Of a stretch of 64,000 bases of DNA, positions 25,949 to 42,200 are shown in pieces. Position 1 is the first letter of the stretch. The number at the start of each line of letters is the position of its first letter. Below the pieces are notes generated by a model. It searched no databases and was not told the origin of the DNA. It saw only the letters and a list, made by a program, of their open reading frames with translations. The DNA is from the human T2T-CHM13v2.0 reference genome, Homo sapiens. A program made the translations under genes and the position numbers. The stretch is from the NCBI RefSeq assembly GCF_009914755.1, contig NC_060935.1; one strand, given 5' to 3'.

Positions 25949-27149
25949 AACTTAATCATAAACCTAAGTATAACTTTCAATCAGTTAACATCTTAATTCC
26001 CCTTACAAAAATTTTAGGTGGGGTCCTTAGAAAAATAGTATTAATTCATAATAAACATTAATGACTGTTGGTGAACAAAGTGAGAGTCCTTCATGTAATG
26101 TTAAATGTTGTAATGTTAAAGTCCTTTGAAAAGTTGTTACATAGCCTATTGCTGCAGGACATTGAGTGTCAAAGGATGTTGTCTAATTTCAGTAGGTACA
26201 CAGGGTATGTATTTAAGACCAGTTTAATAGCGTTTCTTTTTTTGAGGATGAGTTCGTATTATTTGTAACATAGAATTCAAAGACACGGTCATCAGGACAG
26301 AAGTACCCAAGTTAAAACTTCATCAGTGGGGCCACATTCTTGATCAAATGCTTTACGAAAACATTCTATCATCTTTGAACTTTGTGTGTTATAAATCTTT
26401 CTTGCCTTTAATTATTTATTAGGTACTGATAGAGGCGTTATGCTGGCATATATCAGCCATCCTTTAAAAATGACCTCTTAATCAGGGAAATATTTGTTTT
26501 AAAATATTTAGCTTTAATGAATGTTTAAAGAAGATTTTGTTTTGTAGGTGCCTGGAACATTAAGGAAGATTCTTATTTATTTCATTTTTCTGGGAATCAT
26601 ATGTACTTGTCAATAAACAGTTACGGAGAAGTGACCCTGAGTGATTGTGTGTGCTTTTTAATAGTTTTTGTTTCTTCTCTGATCCTTAGACTCTTAAGCC
26701 TGTCCACCTGTAGCAGGCTCTTTTCTCCTTCTAATTTTTGCCTCCAAACTACTATGGTTTTGAAAATCAGATATTTATATTTGTTATATAATACTTTTTT
26801 TTCCTTTTCTTAGTGTGTGAACTGTGTGACATGTATGTTGGCTACTTAGAGACCAGTTTACTTAGTCCTGGGCTGTGTTTTAAATAAGTGAACTCTTTAT
26901 ATATTTTGGGCCTGGTTAGCTGTATAAGAAGTAATGTGAAACTGATAGTGATACAATTTGGGCTTAAAGGGTGAAGGAATCCTTATTTGCGATTGTTGCC
27001 TTTCTCCTACACGTGATTAGTTATTGAGATTTACTATTCCTCCCTTTTTCATGCTACCCATTCTGACTTACTTCTTTGGAATTAGAATGGTAATAACTGG
27101 ACTGTTCCCATTGTCTTTTGCTTGCATAGCTTCATGAGAGAACTCTTCC

Positions 27150-27560
27150 AAAGGATATTGCTATGATTATTTCATTTCCCTCCTCAAAAACCATTAGCTG
27201 CTTTCCAGTACAGGCACTGAATAAAGCCCATGGTGTTTAGCTTGATATTTAGGGCCTTCTACAGACTTCCTCTACTTTTTTTCTGGCATCATCATTACAC
27301 TCCTAAATGCAGTTCCTCTACCTGCCAAGGCCTCTGCTCATGTACCTTCCTTTGTGTGTAAAATTATCCCTGAAAGTCTGCATATAAAATGTTCCCTTTC
27401 TTCATGAAATCCTACTCACTCTCATTTCATTTCAGATGACCCCTCTTCTTTGAAGTCTTTGTTGCTTATGTTGTCTGTACTGCCTTTGCTATATTGCTTT
27501 GTATTATTTGTGCACCTTATTTTTATCCCTTTTAGATTATAAATGCGTGGTGAACAGGAG
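27150..27560 (+). mobile_element. L2 fragment
   Basis: ATTTCATTTCCCTCCTCAAAAACCATTAGCTGCTTTCCAGT...AATAAAGCCCA...CTTGATATTTAGGGCCTT. Confidence 0.55.
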
Positions 27561-27594
27561 GCTCAAATATCCATGAAAAACTAGGACATCTAGC

Positions 27595-28106
27595 ACAGGG
27601 TCTACCAGGGCGTAGTTCATAGACCAAGTAGATCAGAATTGACTGAACGTATGGTTAAAAATGCAGATCCGGCAAGGCATTGTGGCTCACACCTGTAATC
27701 CCAGCACTTTGGGAGGCCGAGGTAGGAGGATCGCTTGAATCCAGGAGTCAAAGCCAACCTGGGCAACGTAGGGAGACCCATCTCTATGAAAAATTAAAAA
27801 ATTAGCCAGGCATAGTGGTATATGCCTGTAGTCCCAGCTACTTGAGAGGCTGAGGCCAGAGGATCACGAGCCTCAGAGGTTGAGGCTTCAGTGAGCTATG
27901 ATTACACCATTGCACTCCAGCCTGGGCAAGAAGAGTGAGGCACTGTTTAAAAAAATAAATAAATAAATAAAATAAAATAAAATAAAGCAGATCCCTGAAT
28001 TCTGACCTAGACTTACTGAATCAGAATCTCTGGTGGAATCTAGGAATCTGCATTTTATCAAGCTGTCTGGATGATTCTTCCATACAGTAAAAGTTAAAAG
28101 TCACTG
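27595..28106. mobile_element. MER5-family hAT element interrupted by AluJ
   Basis: GTTAAAAATGCAGATCC [Alu] CTGAATTCTGACCTAGACTTACTGAATCAGAATCTCTGG...GGAATCTGCATTTTA...AAAGTCACTG. Confidence 0.8.
27671..27986 (+). mobile_element. AluJ with (AAATA)n tail
   Basis: Full dimer, TSD GCAGATCC (27663-27670 / 27987-27994). Confidence 0.93.
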
Positions 28107-28209
28107 ACCTAGCCTGATGCTTTAAATTACAGTAGGTACTCAAATAACTTTTCAGCAAGTGATGTTAATGAACTGAGCAATATCATAATTCAGCAAACTG
28201 GTTTAATTT

Positions 28210-28420
28210 TAGGGCCTTGAAGTCAGCCTAGATTTGAGTCCTGGCTCTGTCACTAGCTCTGGGCCCGTAACCTCTCTGCTTCAGTTTTCTGATCTGCAAA
28301 ATGGGATAATAGTACCCCTTATAAAAGTGTTGTGATAACTAAGTGAGATAATACATATAAAACAACACAGTACACAACACATAATAAACTTACAATAGAT
28401 TTTATCTGCTGTCATGATGA
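28210..28420 (+). mobile_element. MIR
   Basis: AACCTCTCTGCTTCAGTTTTCTGATCTGCAAAATGGGATAATAGTACC core. Confidence 0.8.
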
Positions 28421-29114
28421 TGCCTAGCACAACAGTGGTCACCGCAGTAATAATAAAACATCATGAAGAGAGGTTCCAGATCAGTCATTGTTAACAAACA
28501 AATTGCTCATATGGTTTTAAGAACTAAGGCTTAAAATATTTTCTATTTTACATTAACAGATTGTGGCCCTATGTGGTGTTTAAAGTCATAAAGGTGTTTC
28601 CGCCTTCTTTAGAAGAATTGGTATCAAATTAGCATGTTAGGATTTTTCCCCTTCATCTCCCCACTGATGGAAGAATAAAGTGCAAACTTTTGAATGGTGG
28701 ACCTTAGCCCCTTACCATCTGGCCCTACCAATTCTTTATTTTCTAGCCGTCTTCCCACATATACTCTATACTCTACACCAACTACACTACATTTCTCACT
28801 TTATTTTGCATTTCTCACTCATTTGTGTTTGTGCAGATGCTTTCCCCTTCTTTTCATCTAGTACATTTCTGCTGCTGTCTTGTAAAACTCAGTTTTACAT
28901 GTGACTGACCTCCTTAGTGAAGACAGTCACTCCCTCAGTGTTCTCAAAGTCCTTTGTCCATGCTTCTTATATATTACCTTTGTGTACATTTGTCTTTTTG
29001 GAGGGAAAAACGATTTAATCCTGGCATGTATTCCCACCTCTGCCAAAAGGGGAGGATGTTTGTTTATTTGACTCATATCAGCTCCTCCATTTGTCTGGAC
29101 GTCTCAGCTTTCAC

Positions 29115-29340
29115 AATAATAACTAGTTTATTGACCACTTACTTCATGCCAGGTACTTAACTAGATGCTTCAAAAACTTTATTTCATGTAGTCTTCACAA
29201 TAACTGTGAAATGGCTATTAATAGCTTCATTTTACAAGTGAGGAAGCAGGCATAGAGATAGGTAAGTAACTTGTTCAAATTACACAGTAGTCATAAGTGA
29301 ACTCAGAACTAACTGAAGACCATGCTTTTAATCACAGTGC
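29115..29340 (-). mobile_element. MIR
   Basis: CATTTTACAAGTGAGGAAGCAGGGCATAGAGATAGGTAAGTAACTTGTTCAA. Confidence 0.75.
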
Positions 29341-29604
29341 TCTTCTAAAAATGAAATTTAAACAGGTAGCCCATTTCCCAAATTCAGGATCTTAAAACTG
29401 TGTGAAACTTTGATTAATCACTAATCATTCTTAGGAATGTGATCCATAACAAGTACTATTGTGAAAAGTTATTTAAAACTGTTCTTGGAATAATGCGTTT
29501 CCGGTGATTTTCAAAATTTTTCTTCTCATTCTGCCATTGGTGAGCTTCATTTTCATTTCACTGTCAGAAGGTGTTGCTTCATGTCTATTGATAATGAAAT
29601 TCAC

Positions 29605-30440
29605 TTTTCCATTTATCCAATGAATATTTTTTAATCATATGCCAGGCACTGCTCTGCACAAAACTGAACTGGACTGACAAATCCCTGCTTGTGTGGGACC
29701 TATCTTCTGCTGGAGAACAAACACTGAACTAACGGATTATGATAAGTGCTATAAAGAATGACAGAGGGTGAAGTGACTATGAGTGATGGTGGCAGTAGTG
29801 CTATTTTTGATGGGGTGGTCAGAAGCAGCCTCTTTGAGAGGGTGACATTTGTGTTTAAATTTGAGACTTAAACACTGAGATGAAGCAGCTCTGCCAAGAG
29901 ACAGGAAAAGGGCAATCCTGCAAATGCAAAGGCTGTAGGGGGAAATCAGCTTGGCAAGTCTGAGAAATAGAAAACCACGGAGGCTGAGTAGTGGGCCAGG
30001 AAAGGAGTGGGAGGAAATGAGGTTAGAGATGTAAGCAGTGATCAGATTAAATGAATCCTTGGCGACCATGATGAAGAGATTGGATTTTATTCTGCATGTG
30101 AAGGGGAGCCATTGGAGAGTGTAAAGGACATGATTTGACTTAAATTTTGAAAAGATCACTTGGCTGCTTTGTGGAGAATGATTTGTATAAGAGTCAAGAG
30201 GGACCAGGGCGGAGGCTAATGCAGAGGTCCTGGTGAGAAGTTGATGATGGCTTGAACAAGAATAAAGTAATAGAGATGGACAAAATTGGGCAAAATTGGG
30301 ATATTTTGGATGTGGTATTGATAGGTCTTGCTGATTAGTTACACAGGGGTATGAGAAGAAGAGAAAAGTCAAATATAACTTCCAAGATGGGAATGAGTGG
30401 AAGAGGAGCAGATTTGGAGAGGGAATTCAGAGTTCTGTTT
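29605..30440 (-). mobile_element. L2 3' region
   Basis: ATATGCCAGGCACTG...TTTGGATTTTATTCTGCATGTGAAGGGGAGCCATTGGAGAGT...TTTTGAAAAGATCACTTGGCTGC. Minus ORF contains the L2-like LQWLPFTCRIKSNL. Confidence 0.85.
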
Positions 30441-30449
30441 TTGCCTTCC

Positions 30450-32040
<1,591 letters not shown>

Positions 32041-32060
32041 CCAGGGTTGTTTAACAGAAT

Positions 32061-32712
32061 ACAGTTGATTCTTGTTATTTACAGTACTTTTATGTGAAGT
32101 TGCCATGAACAGTGAATTAATGAATATGGAAATTGTTACTCCTAGGGGAAATATAGGATTAGGTTCCTGCGAGCCTCTGATCATAACATTTTTGTCAAGT
32201 GATAAATAGATAATTTTGTTTTATATTAGTTTCTGTTTAAAGACATTTAATATGTATCATTGATTCGTTAACATTGAATTAACTGCAAACAGCCCTAAAT
32301 TCATACCTGAATAAAGTGATCTAATTGTGCATTTTCTCCATAAGGCATATTGCAGCTTCCTCGTGCTTCATGCTTTAGAAACACTAGATGGCATTTCAAC
32401 ACTACCCTTGGGGACCACTTAAATAGTGAAGTCACCAACAAAAAGCACAAAAATATGAAAAGCATGGCACTAGATAGATCATGGAAAGGACACTTGTTTA
32501 TATTTTGAGAGCTGAAACAAGAAGGCGTAGTGCCACCTTGTTCTACCTCAGCAGGGAACATACCCGTTGAACAACTCAAATTTTTTGTCACTTTGTGCTT
32601 ATCTGCAAATGACCACAAAAATGCTGCAAGTATTGATTTTGTTGTAACAAGTACCTTTTGGCAAGTAGGGAAATTTGTAGATAGGGAATTTGTGAAGAAT
32701 GAGACTCAACCT
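32061..32712. mobile_element. MER82-like TcMar-Tigger element
   Basis: TA-CAGTTGATTCTTGTTATTT start, ...AATGAGACTCAAC end, internal CCTAGGGGAAATATAGGATTAGGTTCCTGCGAGCCTCTG. About 650 bp. Confidence 0.78.
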
Positions 32713-33374
32713 ATGAAATACTGGGAGAGAGGTAGTTTTTTAGGAAACTTAGCATTAGCACTTTCCCCTCTCTGTCATATTTACACATATCTTTATAGCA
32801 TTTTATTTTAAGAGAATAATGCTATGAATCTTTGTAATACTAAGTCTTCTGATAGATGCCATTATGTCAATAAAAAGACTTTTGGGAATACCTTTATTAT
32901 ATTTATAATCATGTTATTCATAGGTAAATTGAAGGAAATAATTTTAGGAAAGAATTGCAACTCTTAAAATGTTGAAAACAAGTCTAAACTATTAAAACTT
33001 TTATTATATGAGAATTGTGAGGATCATATTTTCTCATAGGCATTAATAACAAGGCATAAGTTTTGTAAAGGCAAATGCCCTTTGGAGGTTGAAATTTAAA
33101 TATTGGCTCTATTAGTCCCTCATTAGTGATGATTTTCCTCATGAACATTGATAAAGGATTCCAAGAAAAAGATAAATGAAGATTGTATACATCGTAAATT
33201 AGATCTCCCACTAAATGTATTTATTGAGACTTGCCTGTTTTATCCCTCCTGATTTAAGATCCTCAAGTGAATTATTTGCATTAGTTTGATAAGTGCTGAG
33301 AGTAGGAATCAGAAATGGTAGACCTCACCTATATTCATCTTTTTTATATAGCATACACTATATTCCTGTATTTT

Positions 33375-33970
33375 TCAAAAATGTTTATTTTGTAGTAAAA
33401 TGTACGTAACATAAAATTTATCATTTTAACCGTTTTGTAGTTTAGTGGCATTAAGTACATTCACATTATTATGCAACCATCACCATCAATCAGCTTCAGA
33501 ATTTCTTCTTTTTCCAAACTGAAGCTTTGTACCTATTAATTAATAACTCTCCACTCCCCGTGCCCTCTGGCTCCTGACAATCACCATTCTACAGTGTCAA
33601 TGAACTTACCACTCTAGTTACCCCATGTAAGTGGAATCATACACGATTTGTTCTAGCTTATTTCATTTAGCATCATGTCTTCAAGGTTTATATATGTTGT
33701 AGCATGTGTCAAATTTTTTTTTAAGGCTGATAGTATTTTATGTATCTGTCACATTCTGTTTATCCATTTATCTACCTTTTGACTATTGTAAATAATACTA
33801 CTGTGAACATTGGTGTACAAATAAGTTTTGACTCCTGCTTTTGATTCTTGGGTAGATACCCAGAAGGGGAATTGCTGGGTCATATAGTAATTCTGTGCTT
33901 AAGTTTTTGAGGAACAATCATATTTTCCACACCAGTTGTACCATTTGCATTCCTACCAGCAGTGCACATA
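33375..33970 (-). mobile_element. L1MB-like 3' end
   Basis: AACATAAAATTTATCATTTTAACC...GTGGCATTAAGTACATTCACATT...CCCAGAAGGGGAATTGCTGGGTCATATAGTAATTC. Confidence 0.85.
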
Positions 33971-34899
33971 TATTAATATTGAGTTACTGAGCAGCACCTA
34001 TTGTTCTGAAGTATGTTATAAATTATTAACTCTTGCATATGTGTTGTAAGGTACAGTAGGAGTACAAAAATCATATATTCAGTATGAAATCTTTTGTGGT
34101 TGTGTTTTTTGCTGAATAACTTGTAGTGGCAAATATTTCTGACTGTGACATGATGGCACCTCTTTTGGAATCTCCGTGGAGTAGATACAATTATGTATTC
34201 TAGCCGTAGCTATGAAGAATTTTTGTTTCTAAAGTACTTTGATTTCAGAGTTTATTAGTCAATCTATTTTTCATATTACAGAAAATATATTTGGTATGCA
34301 CAATCAGAAGTGATTAGAAAACCTACTGATTAGCACATTTATGGGGTGTCAATTATATGCAAGTTTCCAGTATATGCTAGATACAAACAAGCATTAGGAT
34401 ATGGTTATTACTCTCAAGAGCTATACAGTTTGAAGTCACAAGACAAACAAATGAAAGTTACATTGCAACACATGAAAAATAAGGGTATATTATTTAAAAT
34501 GAAAAGATGACATGCCAGTATGTGATTAATCGCCCACTGAGTATTTCAGGCTGGATTAACATGAACTTAGCTCAAAGGAAACATCGCTATAGGGAGAGGT
34601 ATCTGAAAACGCTTCATCTCTAAAGTATATATTGAGTAGTGTGTTGAAGGATGCATAAAATTCAGATAGGTGGAGAGGTAAGGGCAAGCTCTTCCAATTA
34701 AGGAGGAATAGCATAAGTGTCAGACATTTTTACTGTGCCAAATCATTAATTGGCATTAATTTAGCATAGTCCTTGGACCTAAAAATTAGCTTATTTAACA
34801 AAAATTGCAAGTTAGTCCTCCAGCTCTACATTCCGTTCACGCTGACATGTTCACTAAGTGATGATGGTAGTAGTAATAGGGGAAGCAGGAGAAGTAATA

Positions 34900-35165
34900 G
34901 TAAACTAATATTTATTAAGTGCTTTCTATGTGCCAGGCACTGTGCTAACCACCCTTTACCAATATTATCTCCATTCATTCTTCAGTAACCCTATGAGCTA
35001 GGAGTTACAGGCTACTACCCCTTCCTGTGAGTGAAGAGGGGTAGACTTAGAGAACTTAAGTAACTTGCCCACAGTTACACAGAGTAGTGGAATCAGTCAG
35101 GATTTACATACCCAGGGCGTTTAGTTTTAGAACCAGTACTTACTACCATTGGGCAGTATTGCCAT
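34900..35165 (-). mobile_element. MIR
   Basis: ATTTATTAAGTGCTTTCTATGTGCCAGGCACTGTGCTAA...TTAAGTAACTTGCCCACAGTTACACAG. Confidence 0.8.
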
Positions 35166-36248
35166 AGCACTAAATGTAGGAGGAGCTAGTGAAAAAAAAA
35201 ACAAAAACAAACGTGGATTTTTTTTTTTTTAATGACCTGCAGACTTTTGCAACCTTTATGCGTGATTGATGTTTCAACATTCTGGCAATCCCTGGTTATT
35301 AGCCAGGGTGGTTTGTAAACTGCTCTGGAAGGCTGTAGAGTGATGAACTAGTGGTCTGTTCCTAATGAGGCTTTTCCTTAACATGATGGCTTCTGTAGCT
35401 GCTCAAGAGCACAGATAATGGGGGTAATCTGTTCTGTAAACAGCTAAGTAATGACCTTAAACTTGTGTGTTCACAGCGGAAAGAAAACATGCATATATGA
35501 TTTTCTTCTGATGAAACCTAATGTATTCAAGAAAAAGAATCTTGCTTTTTGGAAGGATGGAAAAATTGGGAATAATTTTTTCCCCTTTGATAATTAGACC
35601 ACTCAGTACTGTTGCTTAGTTTTTTGGTTCAGTTACTTTGATGTGGTTACAAGAGGAATTTTGGCTGTAATGGATTTCATACATTTTTGTAAGTTATGTT
35701 TCCATGTCTCGTGTGTGATGTTGTGTACTGTTGACATGAAATACTCCTTTTTTGGTAAAGATGGATTGGCTTAACAGATTAGAGCTACAGAAAGTATGAC
35801 TTAGCACGCTGGTAAGGCCACAAAAACCCAAGCAAGTTCCCCCAGTTTCGTATCCTGTAAATAGAGATAAGTTAGTTTTTCTGTTTCAGAGAGTGGTTAT
35901 GGAAAACTACTAGGCTTTAAAATGATTGTTAATCTCAGTGTGGGGACATTTGGTTTGGGGACATCAGTTCAGGAGTAAATGTATCTGATCCTGCTTTGAA
36001 TAAATGCAACTTGAAAGCCTTGGAATTTTACCAGATCGAATCTGGGCCAAATAGAAAGGTAGGAGTAGATGTAAATTTGTTTGTAAAGGAGTTGGGGATG
36101 TGTGTGGTGGGGCAGAGTGAGGGTGGAGGGATGGGCAGGGTGGAAGTCTCCTTGGAAGCCCTTGGAGTAAAAGTCAGTGAATGTTAAACCTTTTTGGTTG
36201 TTTTTGTTGCTGAAAGTATATGCAAAGTGTTTTTGTCTTATATTTCAG

Positions 36249-36356
36249 AATGTCTAATTTAATAGGGATATAGACAGTTGGTTTAAACCAACATTTTTGG
36301 ACGAGGAGAGGCTATGGAAATGAAGAAAGAAGTGTTTAGAAATATCACACAAACAG
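36249..36356 (+). other. TBCEL: Probable TBCEL 5'UTR cassette exon 2 (108 nt) carrying upstream ATGs
   Basis: Acceptor TTTTTGTCTTATATTTCAG|A and donor CAG|GTACTT bound a purine-rich (GAA) non-repeat segment. Size fits my unverified recollection of a c.-125..-18 exon in some TBCEL transcripts. Confidence 0.75.
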
Positions 36357-37621
36357 GTACTTCAGTCTAAATAGTAGTATTGTCTTAATTTTTTTCCCCT
36401 CATATTTCTCATCAAAATTATGACATTCTGGGGCTAGTGTATTTGGATCAGAAATTTCAAGGGCTGTGTTTATGTATGGTGGACTACAAGCATGAGAGTC
36501 AGTCATAGTTGCTAATGTGCAGTTATTGATGAAAAAAGTGTGTGTCTTTGTTCAACATCTAAAGTGCCTTATATGCAACGTAGTTCTTTAGTAGAAAATA
36601 TAGACAGCTCTGAGGCTGTACTTCTCACTGATAACATAGTCACAGTTTTAGATATATTTGCCACTAATACAATGAAATAAAGAATTTTTGATAGGTATTT
36701 TAATGTTTGTAGTGCTTTTAAGGAGAAGCATAGTACTGTGATAGAAGAAGAGGGTGGTAATGGCTGATTGATAGCATAATTAAAGGAATGATCAGGAGTC
36801 CAAATTCACATTTCATCTGGCAGTGTTGGATTTTTAAAAAACCTCCTACCAAGAAAGGTTGATGTGCCACATTACTACACTTGGGTATAGTGTAGTATAC
36901 AGTTGAGCAGTAGACTTTGAGACATAGGGTGGTTCTTAGTAGGGTGTGAAATCGTGGTGGCATGGTGTGTTATGATAAGGGATTTATCAGCTACAGTTAT
37001 TTTGCTTTTAGAATGCTAAGAGTTAAGTTAGTGAATTGGCTAACTATAATTCTACAAAATAGTGCTAAAAGTTTATTAGAATTAGTTTATTTTCCTTTTC
37101 ATCCAAAGAGAGCATCCACTTAGCTATATTACATAATGCTCAAGGGTAATAACTGAGATAGACTCACAGGTATAGATACTTCAGGATAAATGAAATTGGA
37201 AGTGCCATACAGAATGAGACCATCCAGCCTAATTACGCTGACTTGGTCAATGTCCCAGAAGTGTTTATATGGGAGAGATAGCTGTCATTCATGACTTTAG
37301 CTCCAAAAACTTACTAATGGAATACTTTATAAACCTTAAAAATGATTAGGTAGATATGCACTTCTTGACATGGAAAATTTTTCATGGACTATTTAGCAAA
37401 AAGGCAGGTTATAAAACTATATATCTAATCTTTGTGTAAAAAATATATATCTACATAGCATGGAAAAAATGATCTAGAAGGATACACACCATGAGGTGCA
37501 TCCTCAGGCTTCATGTGCTTGTGAAATCTAAACCAAAGTCTCCTGGTGTGGATGTGGCTCTGTGCTTCAGATATGAAAAGCTTTTGATAATACTTATTTA
37601 CATTATTAGCTTAGCTAATAA

Positions 37622-38009
<388 letters not shown>

Positions 38010-38419
38010 AACATTATATTTTTTAAAAGCAAATATTTAGAATAAAGCTCGTTAGTAGACCTTTATTCGTTGATTTATTTCATCTTTCCTGGAGGGAAAA
38101 ATATGTAACATATACATATGCTTTTCCAGAATAAATCAGTCTTTTTGGGGATACTCTTAGGCTGCAGATCAGAAAGACTGCTTTAGAAAACAAAACAAAA
38201 ATTCCAGCTACTTAAAATGTATAAGAATCTGGCAAAGTTTGGATACAGTGGATAGTTGTTCAAAAGAAGAAAGCTTTTTGGAGATGAGGTTAGAAGAAGA
38301 GTTCACAAAGTGAAAATTTAATGGGCTTAAAAAAAAAACAAAAACAAAACTTGCAAAACTTGAGAAAGGTAGCAGTCCTGAGAGGTTCTTTGAAGATAGC
38401 TGGGAGATTTTCCTCCTAT

Positions 38420-39285
38420 GGCTTTGTTTTCTTAGTTTTTGCTGACCTCCCCCGACCCCCTGCAAATTCAGGCAATACATTTCTCTTTTGTCTTTTTTCA
38501 GAAAAAAAGAACAACTCTTTCTTAATCCTAGTTTTTTTTCCACCAACTGTCCCACCTCGTCCACTTTCATTTAAGCCTCTCAAAGGTATGATTGCTACTC
38601 TTTTCTCGGCTTATTTACTTAACTCCCTATTCTATGGATTCTGTTCCCTTAACTGTACTGGAAGTGCTTCTCCTAAGGTAAACAAACTCTTAGTTGCCCA
38701 GTCCTTTACTGATTTTTAAATTCTCATTTTTGACCTCTCTCTATTCTGCATAAAGATCAATAACCCTCATCCTTGCACTCTAGTCACTGTAATCTCTCAG
38801 AATTTTTCTTAGTTTTATCTTTGCAGGATAAAGTCTAGACCAAGAAAGTCATGACCTTACTGACCGCTGTCACCTCCACAGTTGAATCTCCTGCTTTCCC
38901 CCTCGTCAGCACACATATTTTATGTTTTAGCAGTACAGCTGATAACACTTGTTTCTAGTCTCTTGTGTTTGTTCATGTGCTGTTGTTTCCTGTACCTGGA
39001 ATGCCATTCCCCACCCTGTCAGCTAATCTTTATCTTTCAAAATGGCTCAGGATTCACCTACTTCCTTGATCACACTTCTGAAAGTTAATCACTTCTTATG
39101 TTGAATTCACTATTTCTTGTCTGGCTTATTTTAGATATGTGTTATCTCATGTATTTCCTTCTAGAGTGTGGATGCCCTGAGGGCAGAGTTTGGATTTTAT
39201 TCCTTCTCACTTTCTTTAGTGCTTAGCATAGTGTTTGGCGTAGATTTAGCATCTGGTACACGCTTGTTGAACTGAACTAAATGAA
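38420..39285 (+). mobile_element. L2 fragments including 3' end
   Basis: TAGAGTGTGGATGCCCTGAGGGCAGAG...GTGCTTAGCATAGTGTTTGGCGTAG...TTGTTGAACTGAACTAAATGAA. Confidence 0.7.
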
Positions 39286-42200
39286 ACTAAGCTCTATGAA
39301 GGCACATATTTTAAAAATAAATGAATGGGGGAAATAAACCTAATTGGGAGAATTTGTTAAGGTATGAAAATGAAACGAGATGGCAGAGAAAACAATGTAT
39401 TTGTTGTCTGCATTTTTACTAAACAATTGGTAAGGAAATTCTCATTCTCAGGTTGTCTTGTGAAGAAAACAATTACCCAAGTGGATAGCAAATCACTAGA
39501 ATGAAATGTCATCTGACCCAAGGAACCTAAAGGTGAAATTGTGGAGCCTTTGACAAATTGTTTACCTGAAGTTTTGTTTTCAAATAGTGGTAGCAAAATA
39601 TTGGCAGTAGCTTTTAGAGTGTAGTTTTTTCTGCCCTTCTCTGATGAATAGATAGGATTGATTCGTTGTACAAATGGGTCCTTGTCAAATAACTGAAGGT
39701 AATTTTAAACTACTTGAGAGTATTTTTCTTTTCTCCATTTTTGTGAAAGCTATGAAAATTTCTTGAAGATTTAGCCCCATCCTAAATTAATGCACATTTG
39801 AATTATTGTGATTTCTTTTTCAAAAGCACAAATCAGTTCCCAACTATCTACTATTGTAGTAACTTGAAACCTGCAGAAATGGCTTCCTGCTTCAGGAAGC
39901 ACCTCTCTTTCCTTTTTTAATCTCTACAGTCAGAGGTGACAGAGAGGCCTGAATCTCCTAGCCATCTTAAGGCATCACACCTCCTTAGCTTATGGCTCCA
40001 GAATCAGCAGAATTTGGGTCAAATTTGGGTAATTTGGATGAAAGATTTGGGTAACTTGTATTAACACATTTAACTTGGCTAGCAAAGGAAATGGAACTGT
40101 GCAAGCTGAGGGTATTCTTCCAGCCCTTTGGTACACCCCATAGTGGAGCTTTAGCTTTGCCCCTGTGAAAGCCATGGTAAAGAAGGGCAGAACGCTGCTG
40201 TGGCCTTGGCAGCCTGCTCACCTTCATCTCATTCCCTCCTCTTAGTTTCACTGTGGTTTGGTTCTCAGGCTTGGATATGCTTTGTTTCTGCTTGCTTTTT
40301 CTGTGCTGATGTTGTTTTACAAAATTATCTATTTCTATTTTTATCTATTTTATTTCTCTTTTCTTCCTCACTCCCCAGTTTCTTCAAAATTAATATTTTA
40401 TATTCTGCATACACAAATTCCAATTTGGAATTTTAAAAATAGAAATATTATAATAATGAAGACATTAAAAAACCCTTTGACAAACTATTAGGTCATTTCC
40501 AGATATGTTACTTAAGAACATTTTACATTTCAAAAAGATGATGTATGCACATGGTGAATTCAAGTGTTCAAAAGGGTAAACATTGGAAAGCAAATCTTTC
40601 CACTCGTATTCCTCATTTCTTCTCTCTGGAGTCAACTGTCGATACTACTTTTATTCATTTCTATTTTATCCTTCCGGAGATAGTCTATGCATATACAAGC
40701 AGATAAATCTATTTTTATAAGATTTAAAATGTATGTTTTAGCACTCTGTGGGGTACGTTTTATATCTTTTGGAATTAGCTAGTGAGGCTGGCAGTGTTCA
40801 TACTTTTTGAAGTATACTACTCTACGCTGTTTCTTTGTGAAATAAGTATTGACTTGCATACTTATTATACAAAAGGATCTATCTTATATGTTTCCCAGTG
40901 TTAGTGGTCAGACATGGCGTACTTTCTGTTTTCAGTTGTGTTGAGCTTCTTACTAATTTTGACCTAACCCGTTTATTGGGAACATAAAGTACAAATTGTT
41001 TGCGTACTTAACCTCAGTAGTGGTTAAGGGTACTAAGGTGACTGGATGTTCTGTTCTGATTTTAATGTAATTGGCAAAAGTGTACTGAGCACCTTATCCT
41101 CCAACTCATATATTATTCTGACTTTTTCCAAGCACTTTACAAGAGTATATTATAGTCAGGATCTTGAGGCACAAACGAATTGAAATTTTCACAGGGCCAC
41201 TTCACAACTTAGTAATGGAAGCAAGCAATATCACCAAAGATCCCTGGCTCTCTGGCTTTCAGCACCAATTCAGAACAGTTTTACAAATGCATTAGAACTC
41301 TGCTAACTATAGAGGTAGTCTGATGTAATTTGACACACGTTATTTCCAAAATGTCATAGATTACCCTCCCACCCCCCAAAAACCTTGTAAAGGCCCTAGT
41401 GAAAGATCTTTTTCCATCCTGTATTTCCTCATTTTTCAATCTGTTAGGTTTTCAGCCTTTTTTCCCACCTACTGTTCCTCCTCAAACTGCCCCAACAGAT
41501 TTTGAGTAGAGTTACATTACCAATCCATTTCACAATCTTGATGTTCTAATTCAAAACCTATGTATTAATGTGTGCCCATCTGCATTCCTGGAAAGCTAAT
41601 CCAATAATGTATCCTGGAAAATGACCAATGAAGGTACTTGGTGTTGCTTTTCAGTCAAAAAAAAAAAAAAAAAGAAGTCTTAAAAAAAATCGTATTTGGA
41701 AGAGTTCTTACAGTATGGGACCATGAGGAAAAGCTTTTAAGTTCCCATGTTTGCTTCCTTACTAGCATTTTAACTTGAATACGTCTTTCCTACCATCCCT
41801 TCGTTTCTCTGTATTTAAATTGTATATAAGATTATTGCCCTTGAATTGTGTAAGTTTGAGTTTAAGTGGTTCTGAAGGCTCCAGACAAAAGGTGCTGCTT
41901 AAACTCAGTGACATTATTTTGACAGTGACAGTTCACCCTCTCCACACACTTTTTATTCTTTTGAACTGCTGATTGTATGAAAGAACAATGTAACTTCCTT
42001 GGCTTTTTTGTTAAAAATTTCTAAAAATTCTGTTGGCATTCTGCTTGAGACAGGTTTTTTTGGTAATAGCTATAGTGCCTGTTGCTAGTGGCATAGCACC
42101 TGCTCTATGTTGTCTGCTGTTGGTGGTGAGGAGTTTACATTGAAAAAGAACTTTTCAACCTGAAGTTCCGAAAGCCCTAGCTGAACACAACACAGTTCAA

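Noticed and set aside
29749-30372. 207-aa minus-strand ORF
   Set aside because: Lies inside an L2 remnant, starts at a non-ATG codon, and is only locally L2-like. Treated as a chance open frame.
32379-32394. CTCF-like motif ACACTAGATGGCAT in the MER82-like element
   Set aside because: Partial match only, and cannot be supported without ChIP data.
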